Shown: positions 18,269-28,187, numbered from the stretch's first letter. The stretch is 64,000 bases of DNA from an uncultured Candidatus Saccharibacteria bacterium (GCA_964350735.1 CAYGKO010000002.1:155566-219565), one strand, 5' to 3'. Notes: generated from the letters alone by a model not told the origin. A program made the numbers and translations.

Positions 18269-19282
18269 TTAATCTCGATCAGTCTCAAACTCTTCCACGT
18301 CTCCACACTCTAGTGTTTCATCATCATCTTCGTCTTCATATTCAACACAGATACGGAAGTAGTAGTCTGTGTCATCATCAAGTCCACCAATCCGCCGTGA
18401 ATAGTTATCATCATCATCTAAGTCTCTATCTACTACGATAAGTCGGAGATCATCACCCCGCTCATCGATATCATTAAACTCGTCTTCGTCTTCGACGTCT
18501 TCCACATCATCTTCGTCTTCACCGTACGCAAAGAATACCAGACCATTACGGAAATCATTCATATCGACTTCTCCGTTCAGTTCTGCACTATCCTCATCAA
18601 CATCATCTGCATCGTCAGTAAAGGCATCCGGCTCGTCATCATCATTATTTCTACGTGATGAAGTACGCGAACGGCTATCATCATCTGATTCAAACGTGCG
18701 CACTTGTCCGTAGGTCCGGAATCCACTCGGATCTTGAGCTACAGCGCGGAAGAAATAGGTCTCGTCTTCTCGTAGGCCGTCTAAGTCCCCTCTAAAAGTC
18801 TCGCTGGTACGCTGTGTGATCCGACCACTGCGGCTACGGTCATTCATGCTACGCGTTTCACCATATTCAAACCATACATCAGCGAACTGCGCACGGTTGA
18901 GATCGACGCTTCCAAACACCCAAGCTTCATCCCCATCAATGTTGTTTGCGCCAGAAGTGAACACTTCTACATCAAAGCTACTACGTGTACTACCAAAGCT
19001 ATTTGCAGCACCTAAAACTGCCCCATTTGGAGAGAAGGTAGTTTGAGATTGGAAAGATGCAGTACTACCATTTTGTGCCTGTAATTGGGCAATAATACCG
19101 TACAGGTAGGCAATAAATTCTTGCTGCGACTGCGGAGCGTAGTTTGGATAAAAAGTCTGGGCCGCGGCGGACTCCAGGTACGCAAAGAAACCACCGAACA
19201 TAATCAGGAGCACTACTGCGTATTTAATAGTCTGTAATTTTACTTTGGTCATAATGCTAGTATATGACCACAGTTTTAACAA
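18269..19282 (-). CDS. Secreted or membrane-anchored protein with an extremely acidic D/E-rich C-terminal half. Possible FN3/Ig-like core.
   Basis: N-terminal hydrophobic segment LQTIKYAVVLLIMFGGFFAYL. C-terminal runs DDDEPD, EDEDDVEDVEDEDE, EYEDEDDDE. Confidence 0.5.
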   Translation of the reverse strand: MLKLWSYTSIMTKVKLQTIKYAVVLLIMFGGFFAYLESAAAQTFYPNYAPQSQQEFIAYLYGIIAQLQAQNGSTASFQSQTTFSPNGAVLGAANSFGSTRSSFDVEVFTSGANNIDGDEAWVFGSVDLNRAQFADVWFEYGETRSMNDRSRSGRITQRTSETFRGDLDGLREDETYFFRAVAQDPSGFRTYGQVRTFESDDDSRSRTSSRRNNDDDEPDAFTDDADDVDEDSAELNGEVDMNDFRNGLVFFAYGEDEDDVEDVEDEDEFNDIDERGDDLRLIVVDRDLDDDDNYSRRIGGLDDDTDYYFRICVEYEDEDDDETLECGDVEEFETDRD

Positions 19283-19294
19283 AAAAGCAATACT

Positions 19295-20581
19295 TTACCG
19301 TTGTCTCCACGTACTACTTTGTCGCACCAATAACTCCCCTGCTTTCTCTGGCTCAGCCATGATTTCTTCTACTAATTTCTCAGCTCGTATCCCTTGAGAC
19401 GCTTTCACTAACACCACATCGCCTGGCTGCAACATGGTCTGTACTTCAGCTTGAGCTCGGCCAATCTCATCGTATTGAAAAATGTTCTTCTCCGAAAAAC
19501 CATGTTCCAGTGCTCCTTCTGCAATCTTACGAGAACGCACACCAACGGTAACGAGCACGTCAGCGCACTCTGCTACTTGTTCACCAAGGCGTTCATGTTC
19601 TCGAACTGAGAACTGCCCCAATTCCAGCATATCGCCAAGCACAGCTATCTTTCGTTTTCCTTTTACTTCTTTTAGACTCGACAACGCTCGCTCCGCTGCA
19701 GTGGGAGAGGAGTTGTAGGTATCGTCAAGAATGACCGTGTCCTTAATACCTTTAATCACTCGCATCCGGCCCGGAGTTGGTGTATGTTCTCGTAAAGCAG
19801 TCATTGCTTGTGGCAATGACACATCGTATAACGAACCAACCGCAGCGGCCGCGGCATAGGCATAGATATGCGGTACACCAATCGAGTCGGTCAGCATAAA
19901 ACGGGCTGAAGTATCAAGATGAGTCATATCAAACTCTAGACCGGTCGGTACATCGCCATGATACGAAATCTGATCAGCCGATGCCGTGAAATGTGAGACT
20001 GAATAGCGACTGTAGCCAATGGACGACTGTCGGGTTTCTTCGGCTGCTTGTCGTACTCGTTCGTCATCGTGATTGTATACAAACACACCATCGGGCTTTA
20101 GGGCGGCCAGTAGCTGCAGCTTTTCCTGTACCACTTCTTCGGGTGAACTAAAGTACTCGACGTGCACTGGTACATCAGGCAGGCGTGTAATGACCACCAC
20201 ATCGGGCTTGAGCCACGAGGTAAGTTCTTTCATATCACCTGGACGATCTACTCCCACTTCAAGTACCAGTACCTTGGGATAATCTCCTGGTAACAGCGCG
20301 GTGAAAAGACCATCAAGGATATTTTTAAGCCACAAGATTGGATTACTCCAAGCGTTCTCAAGGCCCAATACTGAGAGCGGTACACCGATTTCAGAATTAA
20401 AACTCTTTTCACTTTTGCGTGCCTGGACATGATCTTTAAGCACCGTATAAATAGCATCTTTAGTAGAAGTTTTACCAACGTTTCCAGTAATCGCAATTAC
20501 TTTTGGTTTTGTTCGGCGAAGTAATAATTTAGCTTCCCAGGTGATGATGTGGACAACTATTTTTTTGAAGAATACTTTCAT
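19295..20581 (-). CDS. murF: Mur ligase family, most likely UDP-MurNAc-tripeptide--D-Ala-D-Ala ligase (MurF). MurE cannot be excluded.
   Basis: ATP-binding VIAITGNVGKTSTKD. It sits at the end of the mraZ-rsmH-ftsL-ftsI block. 428 aa fits MurF better than MurE. Confidence 0.6.
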   Translation of the reverse strand: MKVFFKKIVVHIITWEAKLLLRRTKPKVIAITGNVGKTSTKDAIYTVLKDHVQARKSEKSFNSEIGVPLSVLGLENAWSNPILWLKNILDGLFTALLPGDYPKVLVLEVGVDRPGDMKELTSWLKPDVVVITRLPDVPVHVEYFSSPEEVVQEKLQLLAALKPDGVFVYNHDDERVRQAAEETRQSSIGYSRYSVSHFTASADQISYHGDVPTGLEFDMTHLDTSARFMLTDSIGVPHIYAYAAAAAVGSLYDVSLPQAMTALREHTPTPGRMRVIKGIKDTVILDDTYNSSPTAAERALSSLKEVKGKRKIAVLGDMLELGQFSVREHERLGEQVAECADVLVTVGVRSRKIAEGALEHGFSEKNIFQYDEIGRAQAEVQTMLQPGDVVLVKASQGIRAEKLVEEIMAEPEKAGELLVRQSSTWRQR

Positions 20582-20592
20582 GATTTCAGAAC

Positions 20593-22314
20593 TTAACGGT
20601 CAGGAGGAAGATTATAGTAGTTAATCAAAAACTTAGTCAGCTCCATGAATGGATCAGTTAAAGTTTCAGATGCGTAGCGCACCTCCTTTGGTTCTACAGT
20701 ATACAAGAAAATGATAAATTCTGGATCATACGCCGGGAAATATCCAAAAAATGAGTGCAGGTACCGATCGTCATAATAACCACCATTGACTGAGTCAGCG
20801 ATCTGGGCCGTACCAGTCTTGGCAGCAATTGAATAATTGTCGAGCTTCACATTTCCCCCACGCAGCGCATCATCTACCACCGTAGTCAGCATGCGCGACA
20901 CTTCTTCGCTAGTAGCTTCACTAAATACCTGCGCCCCTTCTGGATACGTAATATCACGAACGGTGCCATCTTCGTATTCGATCTTGGTAGCAATATGCGG
21001 TGTTACTAAGCGCCCTCCATTACCAAGCGCTGCCAGAGCTCGAGTGGTTGCGATCGGGGTCAGGGCAATTCCTTGACCAAAAGAAGCCGTCGCATATTCG
21101 ATGTCACGAGGAGAATTAAGATTGTCTACCAAACCAAATACTTCACCCGGTAAATCAATCCCGGTTTCACTGCCGAGTTTTAAACTCTGGAAATATTCAC
21201 GAAAGGCATCTTTACCCATTTTGTCGACAATAAAAGCTACCCCAGTATTTAGTGACTGATTGAGTACTTCCTGCATGTTTACCGTTCCTCGACCTTTACC
21301 ATCAAAGTTTCCAATCGTGAACGTATCGAGCTCCAGCTTGCCTGAGTCGTAGTAAGTGGTTTGCGGCGTGACGGCTCCACTGTCGAGTCCAGCGGCCATT
21401 GTGAGAGCCTTTATAATCGAGCCCATTTCAAACACACTGTCGACATGAGTATTTCTAAATACATCAATAGTATTATCGCCGCGGTCATTTAAGTTGAAAG
21501 TTGGGACAGCGTCAATGGCATAAATCTCACCAGTTTGGGGATTCATAATGATCCCACCGGTCAAACGACTATTCCATTTCTCTTGTGTCTCACCGAGTTG
21601 TTGTTGCAACAAACGAGCGACAGTCGGTTCGATTGAGGTCACCACGTCTCCCGTGCGAGAATCTGTAGTATCAAACACTACACTGCCAAGATTTGAAAAA
21701 ATTTCAGCAAAGAAGTTTACCGAGAGTCGCTCATTCTCTCGCGTCAAAACATCCTCATAATACCGCTCGAGGCCATACCGTCCGGTCAGTTGCTCTTTTT
21801 TTTGTGTGCCGCTAAAGCCCGTAAAACCGACTGCTCGCGCTGATAGTTGATCACCTGGATAATACCGCCACTGGCTGCGGTATAGCTGCAAGCCATCGAT
21901 ATCAAGCGCAACGATTGCATCAGCATCTGCTTCACTAACTCGGGCGTCTATTTCGACGTACGTACGCTTTGGCAGTGTGGCCCGCGTTACGAACAATTCT
22001 TTATCAATAGTTATAAACTCAGAAATTTGATCAAACACTTCAGCTGGGTTGCGTACTGCAGTTGGGTCAACCGCCAGAACATAGCCCGACTGTACAGTGG
22101 CCGCAGAAACTCTATCGCCATCTTTAGTAGTAAAGAAAATACTTCCTCTCGTATATAAATCTCTCACTGTGTGTACATACTGCTCTTCGCCTTTTGATAG
22201 GTAGACGTCGTGCTTAAGTACCTGAATCTGGTAGAGCCGAGCGACTAAAATAAAGGCGATCAATAAAACTACGCCCGTGATGATACGAATTCGTAGAATT
22301 GATTGCTTGCGCAT
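20593..22314 (-). CDS. ftsI: Peptidoglycan D,D-transpeptidase (class B PBP, FtsI-like).
   Basis: N-terminal TM anchor, SxxK motif GSIIKAL, and SxN/KTG(T) region (AKTGTAQ). Position is within the dcw block. Confidence 0.75.
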   Translation of the reverse strand: MRKQSILRIRIITGVVLLIAFILVARLYQIQVLKHDVYLSKGEEQYVHTVRDLYTRGSIFFTTKDGDRVSAATVQSGYVLAVDPTAVRNPAEVFDQISEFITIDKELFVTRATLPKRTYVEIDARVSEADADAIVALDIDGLQLYRSQWRYYPGDQLSARAVGFTGFSGTQKKEQLTGRYGLERYYEDVLTRENERLSVNFFAEIFSNLGSVVFDTTDSRTGDVVTSIEPTVARLLQQQLGETQEKWNSRLTGGIIMNPQTGEIYAIDAVPTFNLNDRGDNTIDVFRNTHVDSVFEMGSIIKALTMAAGLDSGAVTPQTTYYDSGKLELDTFTIGNFDGKGRGTVNMQEVLNQSLNTGVAFIVDKMGKDAFREYFQSLKLGSETGIDLPGEVFGLVDNLNSPRDIEYATASFGQGIALTPIATTRALAALGNGGRLVTPHIATKIEYEDGTVRDITYPEGAQVFSEATSEEVSRMLTTVVDDALRGGNVKLDNYSIAAKTGTAQIADSVNGGYYDDRYLHSFFGYFPAYDPEFIIFLYTVEPKEVRYASETLTDPFMELTKFLINYYNLPPDR

Positions 22315-22317
22315 AGA

Positions 22318-22638
22318 TTATCGATTAGTACCAAGCACCAAGCTAGTTGGTGTTCGGTCTAAGAATATCTTATCAGGTGTTTCCACAAAACCTTGCAAAC
22401 TAGCAATGTCAGTCGAAATTCCGTGCTGCGCCTTAATGTACTCAGCTTCTAACAGTGCTATTTCAGTATGTAGTTTTGTCATTTCTTGATTCACTTCCTT
22501 CCGAATCACAACGTGCACCACCGATGCGCTCACAAAGTACATGTACGCTACCAGCAGAGCTAGAAATGCCCCGCATAAAGCCAACAGAATGCTTTGCTCA
22601 TGGGCTTTATACGTTTTAATAATAGTTTTAGTGTTCAT
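22318..22638 (-). CDS. ftsL: Small single-pass membrane protein, FtsL-like cell-division protein.
   Basis: 106 aa with one TM (ILLALCGAFLALLVAYMYFV) and a coiled-coil periplasmic part. Its position between rsmH and ftsI is conserved. Confidence 0.45.
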   Translation of the reverse strand: MNTKTIIKTYKAHEQSILLALCGAFLALLVAYMYFVSASVVHVVIRKEVNQEMTKLHTEIALLEAEYIKAQHGISTDIASLQGFVETPDKIFLDRTPTSLVLGTNR

Positions 22639-22640
22639 AA

Positions 22641-23540
22641 CTAGATTTTTTCAATACAGCGCAGTTTTGCACTTCTGGCTCGAGGATTAGTCTGCAGTTC
22701 TTCATCTGACGGAATAAGGGGTTTCTTTGTTACCCTAGTTCCTTTTTGATCATGTGTAAGTTCTCTAAAGTATTGTTTGACAATACGGTCTTCAAGACTG
22801 TGAAACGAAATAATGGCCATCCGTCCACCGGGAGCGAGCAGCTCGAAGCCGTCAGACAAAAGCGTCTTCAGAACTCCTAGCTCGTCGTTTACCGCAATGC
22901 GGAGAGCTTGAAACGTCTTAGTGGCAGGATGCAAGCGACTTCGCTTATAGAAGATTCCCACTGAATCAGCTACCACTTCAGCGAGTTGTGCTGAAGTAGT
23001 AATTTCTAACTCATTGCGGGCAGCAACTATAGCACCGGCGATTTTGCGCGCAGCGCGCTCTTCACCATAGCCATAGATGATGTCAGCAATTGATTCTTCA
23101 GCCCACTCGTTCACAATTTCGTGAGCGGTGAAGGCAGCATCCTCTGGTGATCCAAATGTCATCAAGAGTGGCTCATTTTGGAGAAATGAGAAACCCTTGT
23201 TTCCAGATTCAAATTGATCAGTCCGCCAACCGAGGTCGGCCAGGATCGCGTCATAGGAACTTATTCCTACTTCGTGACTGACAGATTTAAGATCTTTAAA
23301 GTTAGCTATGCGCAATACGTGCGTCGCATCACTTTTGATTGGTTCAAATTCATCTACTGCTACCTGGTCTGCATCAAGTGAGAGGAGTGTTCCGCCACTA
23401 CCAATGTGCTTAAGCATTTCCCTACTATGACCACCGGCTCCGAGCGTGCAATCAACAGCCGTCGCTTTTGAAGTAAGCGCTAGCAAATCAACTGCTTCCG
23501 TTTTCAGAACGGTGATGTGTTTCATAGCTTGAGGTATCAA
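22641..23540 (-). CDS. rsmH: 16S rRNA (cytosine1402-N4)-methyltransferase RsmH/MraW.
   Basis: SAM-binding DCTLGAGGHS. Classic position after mraZ. Confidence 0.85.
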   Translation of the reverse strand: MIPQAMKHITVLKTEAVDLLALTSKATAVDCTLGAGGHSREMLKHIGSGGTLLSLDADQVAVDEFEPIKSDATHVLRIANFKDLKSVSHEVGISSYDAILADLGWRTDQFESGNKGFSFLQNEPLLMTFGSPEDAAFTAHEIVNEWAEESIADIIYGYGEERAARKIAGAIVAARNELEITTSAQLAEVVADSVGIFYKRSRLHPATKTFQALRIAVNDELGVLKTLLSDGFELLAPGGRMAIISFHSLEDRIVKQYFRELTHDQKGTRVTKKPLIPSDEELQTNPRARSAKLRCIEKI

Positions 23541-23563
23541 GTCTGCTTCTGAAGGTTTTCTAT

Positions 23564-23998
23564 TTAGAGGACGCCGATATCGCCAAGTTTTTCAGCGAGT
23601 GCATCAGCCTGACGTTCAATACGTCGTTTGTATTCGTTCCACTGCTTCTCACCCCAAATTTCTACACGATCATGGATTCCAGCTAAAACAACTTTGTTGC
23701 TTAACTTGGCAAAATCTTTCAAAAAATCTGGAACGAGAATACGTCCAATTTTGTCTACCTCCACTTCAACTGCTCCTGATAAGAAGAATCGATTGAAACT
23801 TCTTGAATCCGCTTGACCAAGTGGGAGTTGACCGATTTTTTCAGCGATCTTCTCCCACTCCTTCAAGGGATATACAAAGAGACAGTTATCGAGTCCGCGT
23901 GTGAGGACAAGCTTGCCACCAAGCTCCTTACGCCATTTAGACGGTAAGGACAGCCGTTTCTTAGTGTCCAACGTGTGCTTGTATTCCCCAATTAACAT
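23564..23998 (-). CDS. mraZ: Transcriptional regulator MraZ.
   Basis: GEYKHTLDTKKRLSLPSKWR matches the MraZ DxxxR motif. Duplicated half-domains are present. Confidence 0.85.
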   Translation of the reverse strand: MLIGEYKHTLDTKKRLSLPSKWRKELGGKLVLTRGLDNCLFVYPLKEWEKIAEKIGQLPLGQADSRSFNRFFLSGAVEVEVDKIGRILVPDFLKDFAKLSNKVVLAGIHDRVEIWGEKQWNEYKRRIERQADALAEKLGDIGVL

Positions 23999-24142
23999 AT
24001 CGATAAGTCTACAGCTCTTTCGAGCTGTTTACCACTCTCTCCCACCACAACTACACTATACACCACTTTGTCCCACTTGCATGCACTTATCCCCAATTAT
24101 TTCCCCGTAGCTATAGGCAGATCGGAGGAATGTTCAGCTACG

Positions 24143-24183
24143 AAAAAGCCGGGCGCTGACTTCGTCAGCGCCCGGCTTTTTCG
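24143..24183. terminator. Strong bidirectional rho-independent terminator.
   Basis: AAAAA, stem GCCGGGCGCTGAC, loop TTCG, stem GTCAGCGCCCGGC, then TTTTT. A perfect 14-bp stem. Confidence 0.65.
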
Positions 24184-24245
24184 CTCTCACAAATCAACAC
24201 GTAAAAAGGCCCCCAGTCTCCCAGGGGCCTCTTAGCTCATGACGA

Positions 24246-24779
24246 TTAATCGTCGATACGAACCATTCGTGGCCTATGTTCCTGAAAACCCGCAAGTCTC
24301 ATCGCCACTTGAATCGCCCGCACAAGGCTTTGAGCATCACGCCTATCACTCTTCGTCTTTCTATCTCTCGCGTCAGGGTCCACGTCACCCAGACTACGCT
24401 TTGCCTCGGTCAACAAAGTGCTGAGCGTCTCCTTACCGATTTTCTGCAACGTAGTCTTGCACCCCTCCTGGAGGACTGATGCATCGCGCAAAAGACTGCG
24501 GTATTGGAAAAACTTCCACAGGAGCAGCGGAAGGACCACTGCGAGGGCTAGGGCGAGACTGGCCGTGAACCAGTTCTCTAAACTGTAGAAATTGATGATC
24601 AGTGACCACAGCACCAGTCCAAGCTCTTCCTCGACTGATATTGGCTGCCACAGAATGACGATGGGCAGAAAAAGCAGCCCAAGAAAAAGAAACGTGAACA
24701 GGACGACTTTCAACTTAAAGTTCATGACTGAGCTCCTTGCCTCATTGGCACTCTTTCGTGATTGAAGAGCATCCGGCAC
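24246..24779 (-). CDS. Hypothetical membrane protein.
   Basis: Three hydrophobic helices in the N-terminal 100 aa, then a charged cytoplasmic tail. Confidence 0.4.
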   Translation of the reverse strand: MPDALQSRKSANEARSSVMNFKLKVVLFTFLFLGLLFLPIVILWQPISVEEELGLVLWSLIINFYSLENWFTASLALALAVVLPLLLWKFFQYRSLLRDASVLQEGCKTTLQKIGKETLSTLLTEAKRSLGDVDPDARDRKTKSDRRDAQSLVRAIQVAMRLAGFQEHRPRMVRIDD

Positions 24780-24893
24780 TAGTTATAATCAATCTAAAAA
24801 TAAAGTAAAGCCCTTTATCCCGTCTACCAAAAACAACAAAGCCCATCACAAGGACGGACTTGTTGTCCTTCCTTTGTGATAGGCATTCGCGAC

Positions 24894-25676
24894 TTACTCA
24901 GCCGCGACTCCCAAGCCGCCGTAGCGACGATCTTTCGAGACTGAGGCGAACCAGCTCAAGTCTCTGACGAAACATACTCGGTCATACGTCGGCCAAAACT
25001 CATCCACGATGCGGATCTGGGCATACGCGAGAGACCACAAGAGAAAGTTTGATATCCGAGCGTCGCCACCCGTACGTACCACCATGTCAAGCGGAGGGAG
25101 ATCTCCAGTATCCATGGCAGACTCAAACATCTCAGTAGTAAGAACGTCTGACATTTCTCCAGCAGTTGCCTTATCGAGAAGAAACTGTGCAGCACGCACC
25201 ACCTCATCTTGTCCTCCGTAGTTTAGTGCTATGGTGAGATGAAGTCGAGTGTTGTCTTTCGACTCCTCCTCGAGGGAGAACATCATATCGACAATATCGG
25301 TCGGAACACGCTCATCATCGCGATCGCCAATGAAGCGAATGCGAACCCCTTCCTTCAAAAGTTCTTTACGCTTTCTACTGAAGTACCGGCGGAAAAGTCC
25401 AAAGAGTCCGTTAACTTCTTCGTCTGCACGCTTCCAGTTTTCTGTTGAAAATGCAAAGAGCGTGAGATATTCAATACCAAATTCGATACACCACTCAGTG
25501 ACGCCCTCTACAGTCTCTGCTCCTGCCCTATGACCAGCCAGACGACTTAATCCCAGAACATCTTTACCATGCCGGCCATTGCCGTCCATGATAAATGCGA
25601 TATGTTTAGCGACGCCGACAGGCGACGACTCTTGAGCAGTCAGCATGTTGACCTCCCTGTTTGTTATACGAACCAC
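24894..25676 (-). CDS. uppS: Undecaprenyl-diphosphate synthase (cis-isoprenyl transferase).
   Basis: HIAFIMDGNGRHGK (DGNxRW/H motif). C-terminal RxG and ExxxR-type motifs. Confidence 0.8.
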   Translation of the reverse strand: MVRITNREVNMLTAQESSPVGVAKHIAFIMDGNGRHGKDVLGLSRLAGHRAGAETVEGVTEWCIEFGIEYLTLFAFSTENWKRADEEVNGLFGLFRRYFSRKRKELLKEGVRIRFIGDRDDERVPTDIVDMMFSLEEESKDNTRLHLTIALNYGGQDEVVRAAQFLLDKATAGEMSDVLTTEMFESAMDTGDLPPLDMVVRTGGDARISNFLLWSLAYAQIRIVDEFWPTYDRVCFVRDLSWFASVSKDRRYGGLGVAAE

Positions 25677-25727
25677 GCTATCGAAGCGTTAATGAATTAA
25701 ACTACCGGAGATTAGAAAAGTTGCAAG

Positions 25728-27626
25728 CTATTTTAATAGCTCAAACTGACTCGTCAGTCTCTCTACTTCACTTTGCTCACCAAAGAGTTGGATACCAAGG
25801 AATTCAATATTCTTGAGATCTTTCTCAGCGGTATTGGTTTTTACCTTATTATCATTGGTGGTTTCGATCATTTCCTGCGTGAAGGTAGTCACGCGCACAT
25901 CAGCTGACTCAGCTACTTCAAGTAATGCCTGCAGATCATGGTTGCTATCGCACTCTTTCACCATAATGGCGTGCTGAATATTCATCGGGATTTGCTTGGC
26001 GTCTTTGGTGGCGATGGTATCAAACTTCAAAAGCCCCTTCCCTTCACGAGCACCGAGAGCGGCTGCTAGGTGAGCGGCGGTATTGGTTAGTTGCCAAAGT
26101 TCCATATCGTTCTTCCGCACGACCATCACTGACACTTTGTTACTTTTCTTCTTAGACTTCCCTTCGCCCTTAGGCTTCATCAGTGGGAAATACTGTGTCT
26201 CGCGGATTGGTTTATCCATTAGGTAGGCAAAAAAGCGTTCACCAAGTGTTGCAGCTCCAAAGGTTGGTGGCATACCATATTCGAGCATCTCAACGAACTC
26301 CCAGTCCGGCATCATCGCTTCGTCGTCACCGCGCGCGATCAATTCTTCTTGTACCTTAAAGCGCTCTGCTTGGTCGATAGGATCATTTAACTCCGCGTAA
26401 CAGTTATTAAATTCTGCTCCCGCCATAATAAGCTGAGCTCGAAGCACTTGCCCTTTATTATTCGGATCTTCTTTAGACAACGCTGAAACCAACTTTGGGT
26501 GGCCAATAAGCCACACTGGCCCAGCAATCGACTTGCGGCAGTACTTCCACAGCGTATCCATTAAGCGCTCACGGTTATTACCATCAAACTCAATCCCCAG
26601 TTCAGCCGCAGTAGCGGCCATCTCGACTTCAGTAGCTGAAGTAACATCAATACCAGTCTTTTGCTTGATCGTATCAACGTAATCAATCCGTTCAAACGGT
26701 TTGCTAAAATCTACGTCAAAACCTTTGATAGAAAATTGTTGCTTACCAGCAAAGGCTTCGTCGAGCACATACTTGATATGTCGCTCCAAGAGTACTAAGC
26801 CTTCCTCGAAGCTCATATACGCTGCGTAAAACTCAATATTGGTGAATTCCTGCAAGTGGTCTGGACTGGAACCTTCGTTTCGGTACACACGGCCAACTTC
26901 AAAGGTACGCGGAATGCCTGAGGCCATCAGTCGCTTCTGCCACAGCTCCCCTACAGAAATACGCAAGAACGCATCAATGCCGTAGTCATTATGATGCGTT
27001 GCAAACGGAGTAGCTTCAGCACCACCAGTTGTGGTCTCCAGAGTTGGTGTATGCACCTCCATAAAGCCTTCAGCTTCCATAAACGCGCGAGATGCTTTCC
27101 AAAACTTAGCTTTTGTATCAAATAACGCTCGTAAATCTGGATCAAGTAGAATATCCAGATAGCGCTTGCGGTAGCGCTCTTCTTCGTCTTTAATGCCGAA
27201 ATGTTCAGTTGGCGGATTATTCAAAGCTTTTGTGAGCACCTGCCAGTCCGATACAGCAATTGCTTCAGCGCCGCGCTTGGTTACAAATGGCACTCCTTTC
27301 ACTTCAATAAAATCTCCGGGATCGATCGTATCATTAAGCAGTTCGAACAATCGGACTCCGATCGCATCTTTGGAGAGAAACATTTGCATCCGGGCCGTAC
27401 CATCAAAAATATCAGCAAAAGCTGAACCACCGTGACGTCTGAGCGCCATTACCCGTCCAGCGACCACTACTTCAACCTCATCGTCTGCCAACGTCTCAAA
27501 ATCTGCCAGCACCTGCGAAATCGCATGCGTCCGAGTTGTCTCAGCCGCATACGGGTTCATCCCAGCCGCCGCGAGCTGATCTCGCTTTCGTAGACGTTCG
27601 GCTTTGATTTCTTCGAAGGTTGACAT
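25728..27626 (-). CDS. lysS: Lysyl-tRNA synthetase (class II) with a ~140-aa C-terminal extension resembling a PTH2-type peptidyl-tRNA hydrolase domain.
   Basis: LysRS N-terminus MSTFEEIKAERLRKRDQL, anticodon-binding and class II motifs up to FPLMKPK. A K-rich linker GEGKSKKKSNK follows. Then KVSVMVVRKNDM...TAAHLAAAL...IMVKECDSNHDLQALLEVAESADVRVTTFTQ...FLGIQLFG, which parallels PTH2 (vlvvRtDLkMgkGKiaAQcsHAa ... vvlK..de..L..L...A...gl.v..i.DAG.T....tVLgIGP). Confidence 0.8.
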   Translation of the reverse strand: MSTFEEIKAERLRKRDQLAAAGMNPYAAETTRTHAISQVLADFETLADDEVEVVVAGRVMALRRHGGSAFADIFDGTARMQMFLSKDAIGVRLFELLNDTIDPGDFIEVKGVPFVTKRGAEAIAVSDWQVLTKALNNPPTEHFGIKDEEERYRKRYLDILLDPDLRALFDTKAKFWKASRAFMEAEGFMEVHTPTLETTTGGAEATPFATHHNDYGIDAFLRISVGELWQKRLMASGIPRTFEVGRVYRNEGSSPDHLQEFTNIEFYAAYMSFEEGLVLLERHIKYVLDEAFAGKQQFSIKGFDVDFSKPFERIDYVDTIKQKTGIDVTSATEVEMAATAAELGIEFDGNNRERLMDTLWKYCRKSIAGPVWLIGHPKLVSALSKEDPNNKGQVLRAQLIMAGAEFNNCYAELNDPIDQAERFKVQEELIARGDDEAMMPDWEFVEMLEYGMPPTFGAATLGERFFAYLMDKPIRETQYFPLMKPKGEGKSKKKSNKVSVMVVRKNDMELWQLTNTAAHLAAALGAREGKGLLKFDTIATKDAKQIPMNIQHAIMVKECDSNHDLQALLEVAESADVRVTTFTQEMIETTNDNKVKTNTAEKDLKNIEFLGIQLFGEQSEVERLTSQFELLK

Positions 27627-27676
27627 ATATAGTATTTATTAGACTTCTAGAATAGCCTGACACGTAAAGGCGCGCA

Positions 27677-27710
27677 ACCCGAAGGGTTGCGCGCCTTTAC
27701 TATTAAGCTG
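27677..27710. other. Perfect 15-bp GC-rich hairpin between greA and lysS. Terminator or attenuator-like.
   Basis: AAAGGCGCGCAACCC-GAA-GGGTTGCGCGCCTTT. Confidence 0.4.
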
Positions 27711-27716
27711 ACTACC

Positions 27717-28187
27717 CTACTCTACTTTTAGTAACTTATACTTCTGTTTTCCAGCTGGAGTTTCGAAGATAATTTCTTCTCCTTTCGCCTTCCCCATCAA
27801 GGCTTCTCCGAGTGGTGAAAGATATGACAGTTTGTGCTCGTGGATGTTTGCTTCTTCAGATCCCACGATCGTGTAGCAGCGATCTGTTTTTTCACCATCC
27901 TTTTGGATACAGACTACAGAGCCGAGTCCAACGATATCACCCTTCTTATCATGAGCAACGATCTTGGCTTCCTTAATGACTTGCTCGAGGTGATTGATTC
28001 GCTCTTCAATAGCAGCTTGCATATCACGCGCTTCTTGGTATTCAGCGTTTTCAGACAAATCTCCGAGACTTCGGGCGTATTCTAGCGATTCAGCGACTTC
28101 TTTACGACGGACAGTCTTTAGGTGTTCTAGTTCTTTCTTTAATTCCTCAAACTTTTCAGGTGTAAGGTAGGCTTGTTGGTCATCCAT
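27717..28187 (-). CDS. greA: Transcription elongation factor GreA.
   Basis: LT(P)EKFEELKKELEHL... SLGDLSENAEYQEARD coiled-coil with the acidic tip. C-terminal FKBP-like domain. Confidence 0.85.
   Translation of the reverse strand: MDDQQAYLTPEKFEELKKELEHLKTVRRKEVAESLEYARSLGDLSENAEYQEARDMQAAIEERINHLEQVIKEAKIVAHDKKGDIVGLGSVVCIQKDGEKTDRCYTIVGSEEANIHEHKLSYLSPLGEALMGKAKGEEIIFETPAGKQKYKLLKVE

Noticed and set aside
24246-24779. Possibility that the membrane protein downstream of uppS is CdsA
   Set aside because: uppS is usually followed by cdsA. However, this ORF is only 177 aa and lacks the CdsA C-terminal signature, so it is left as hypothetical.
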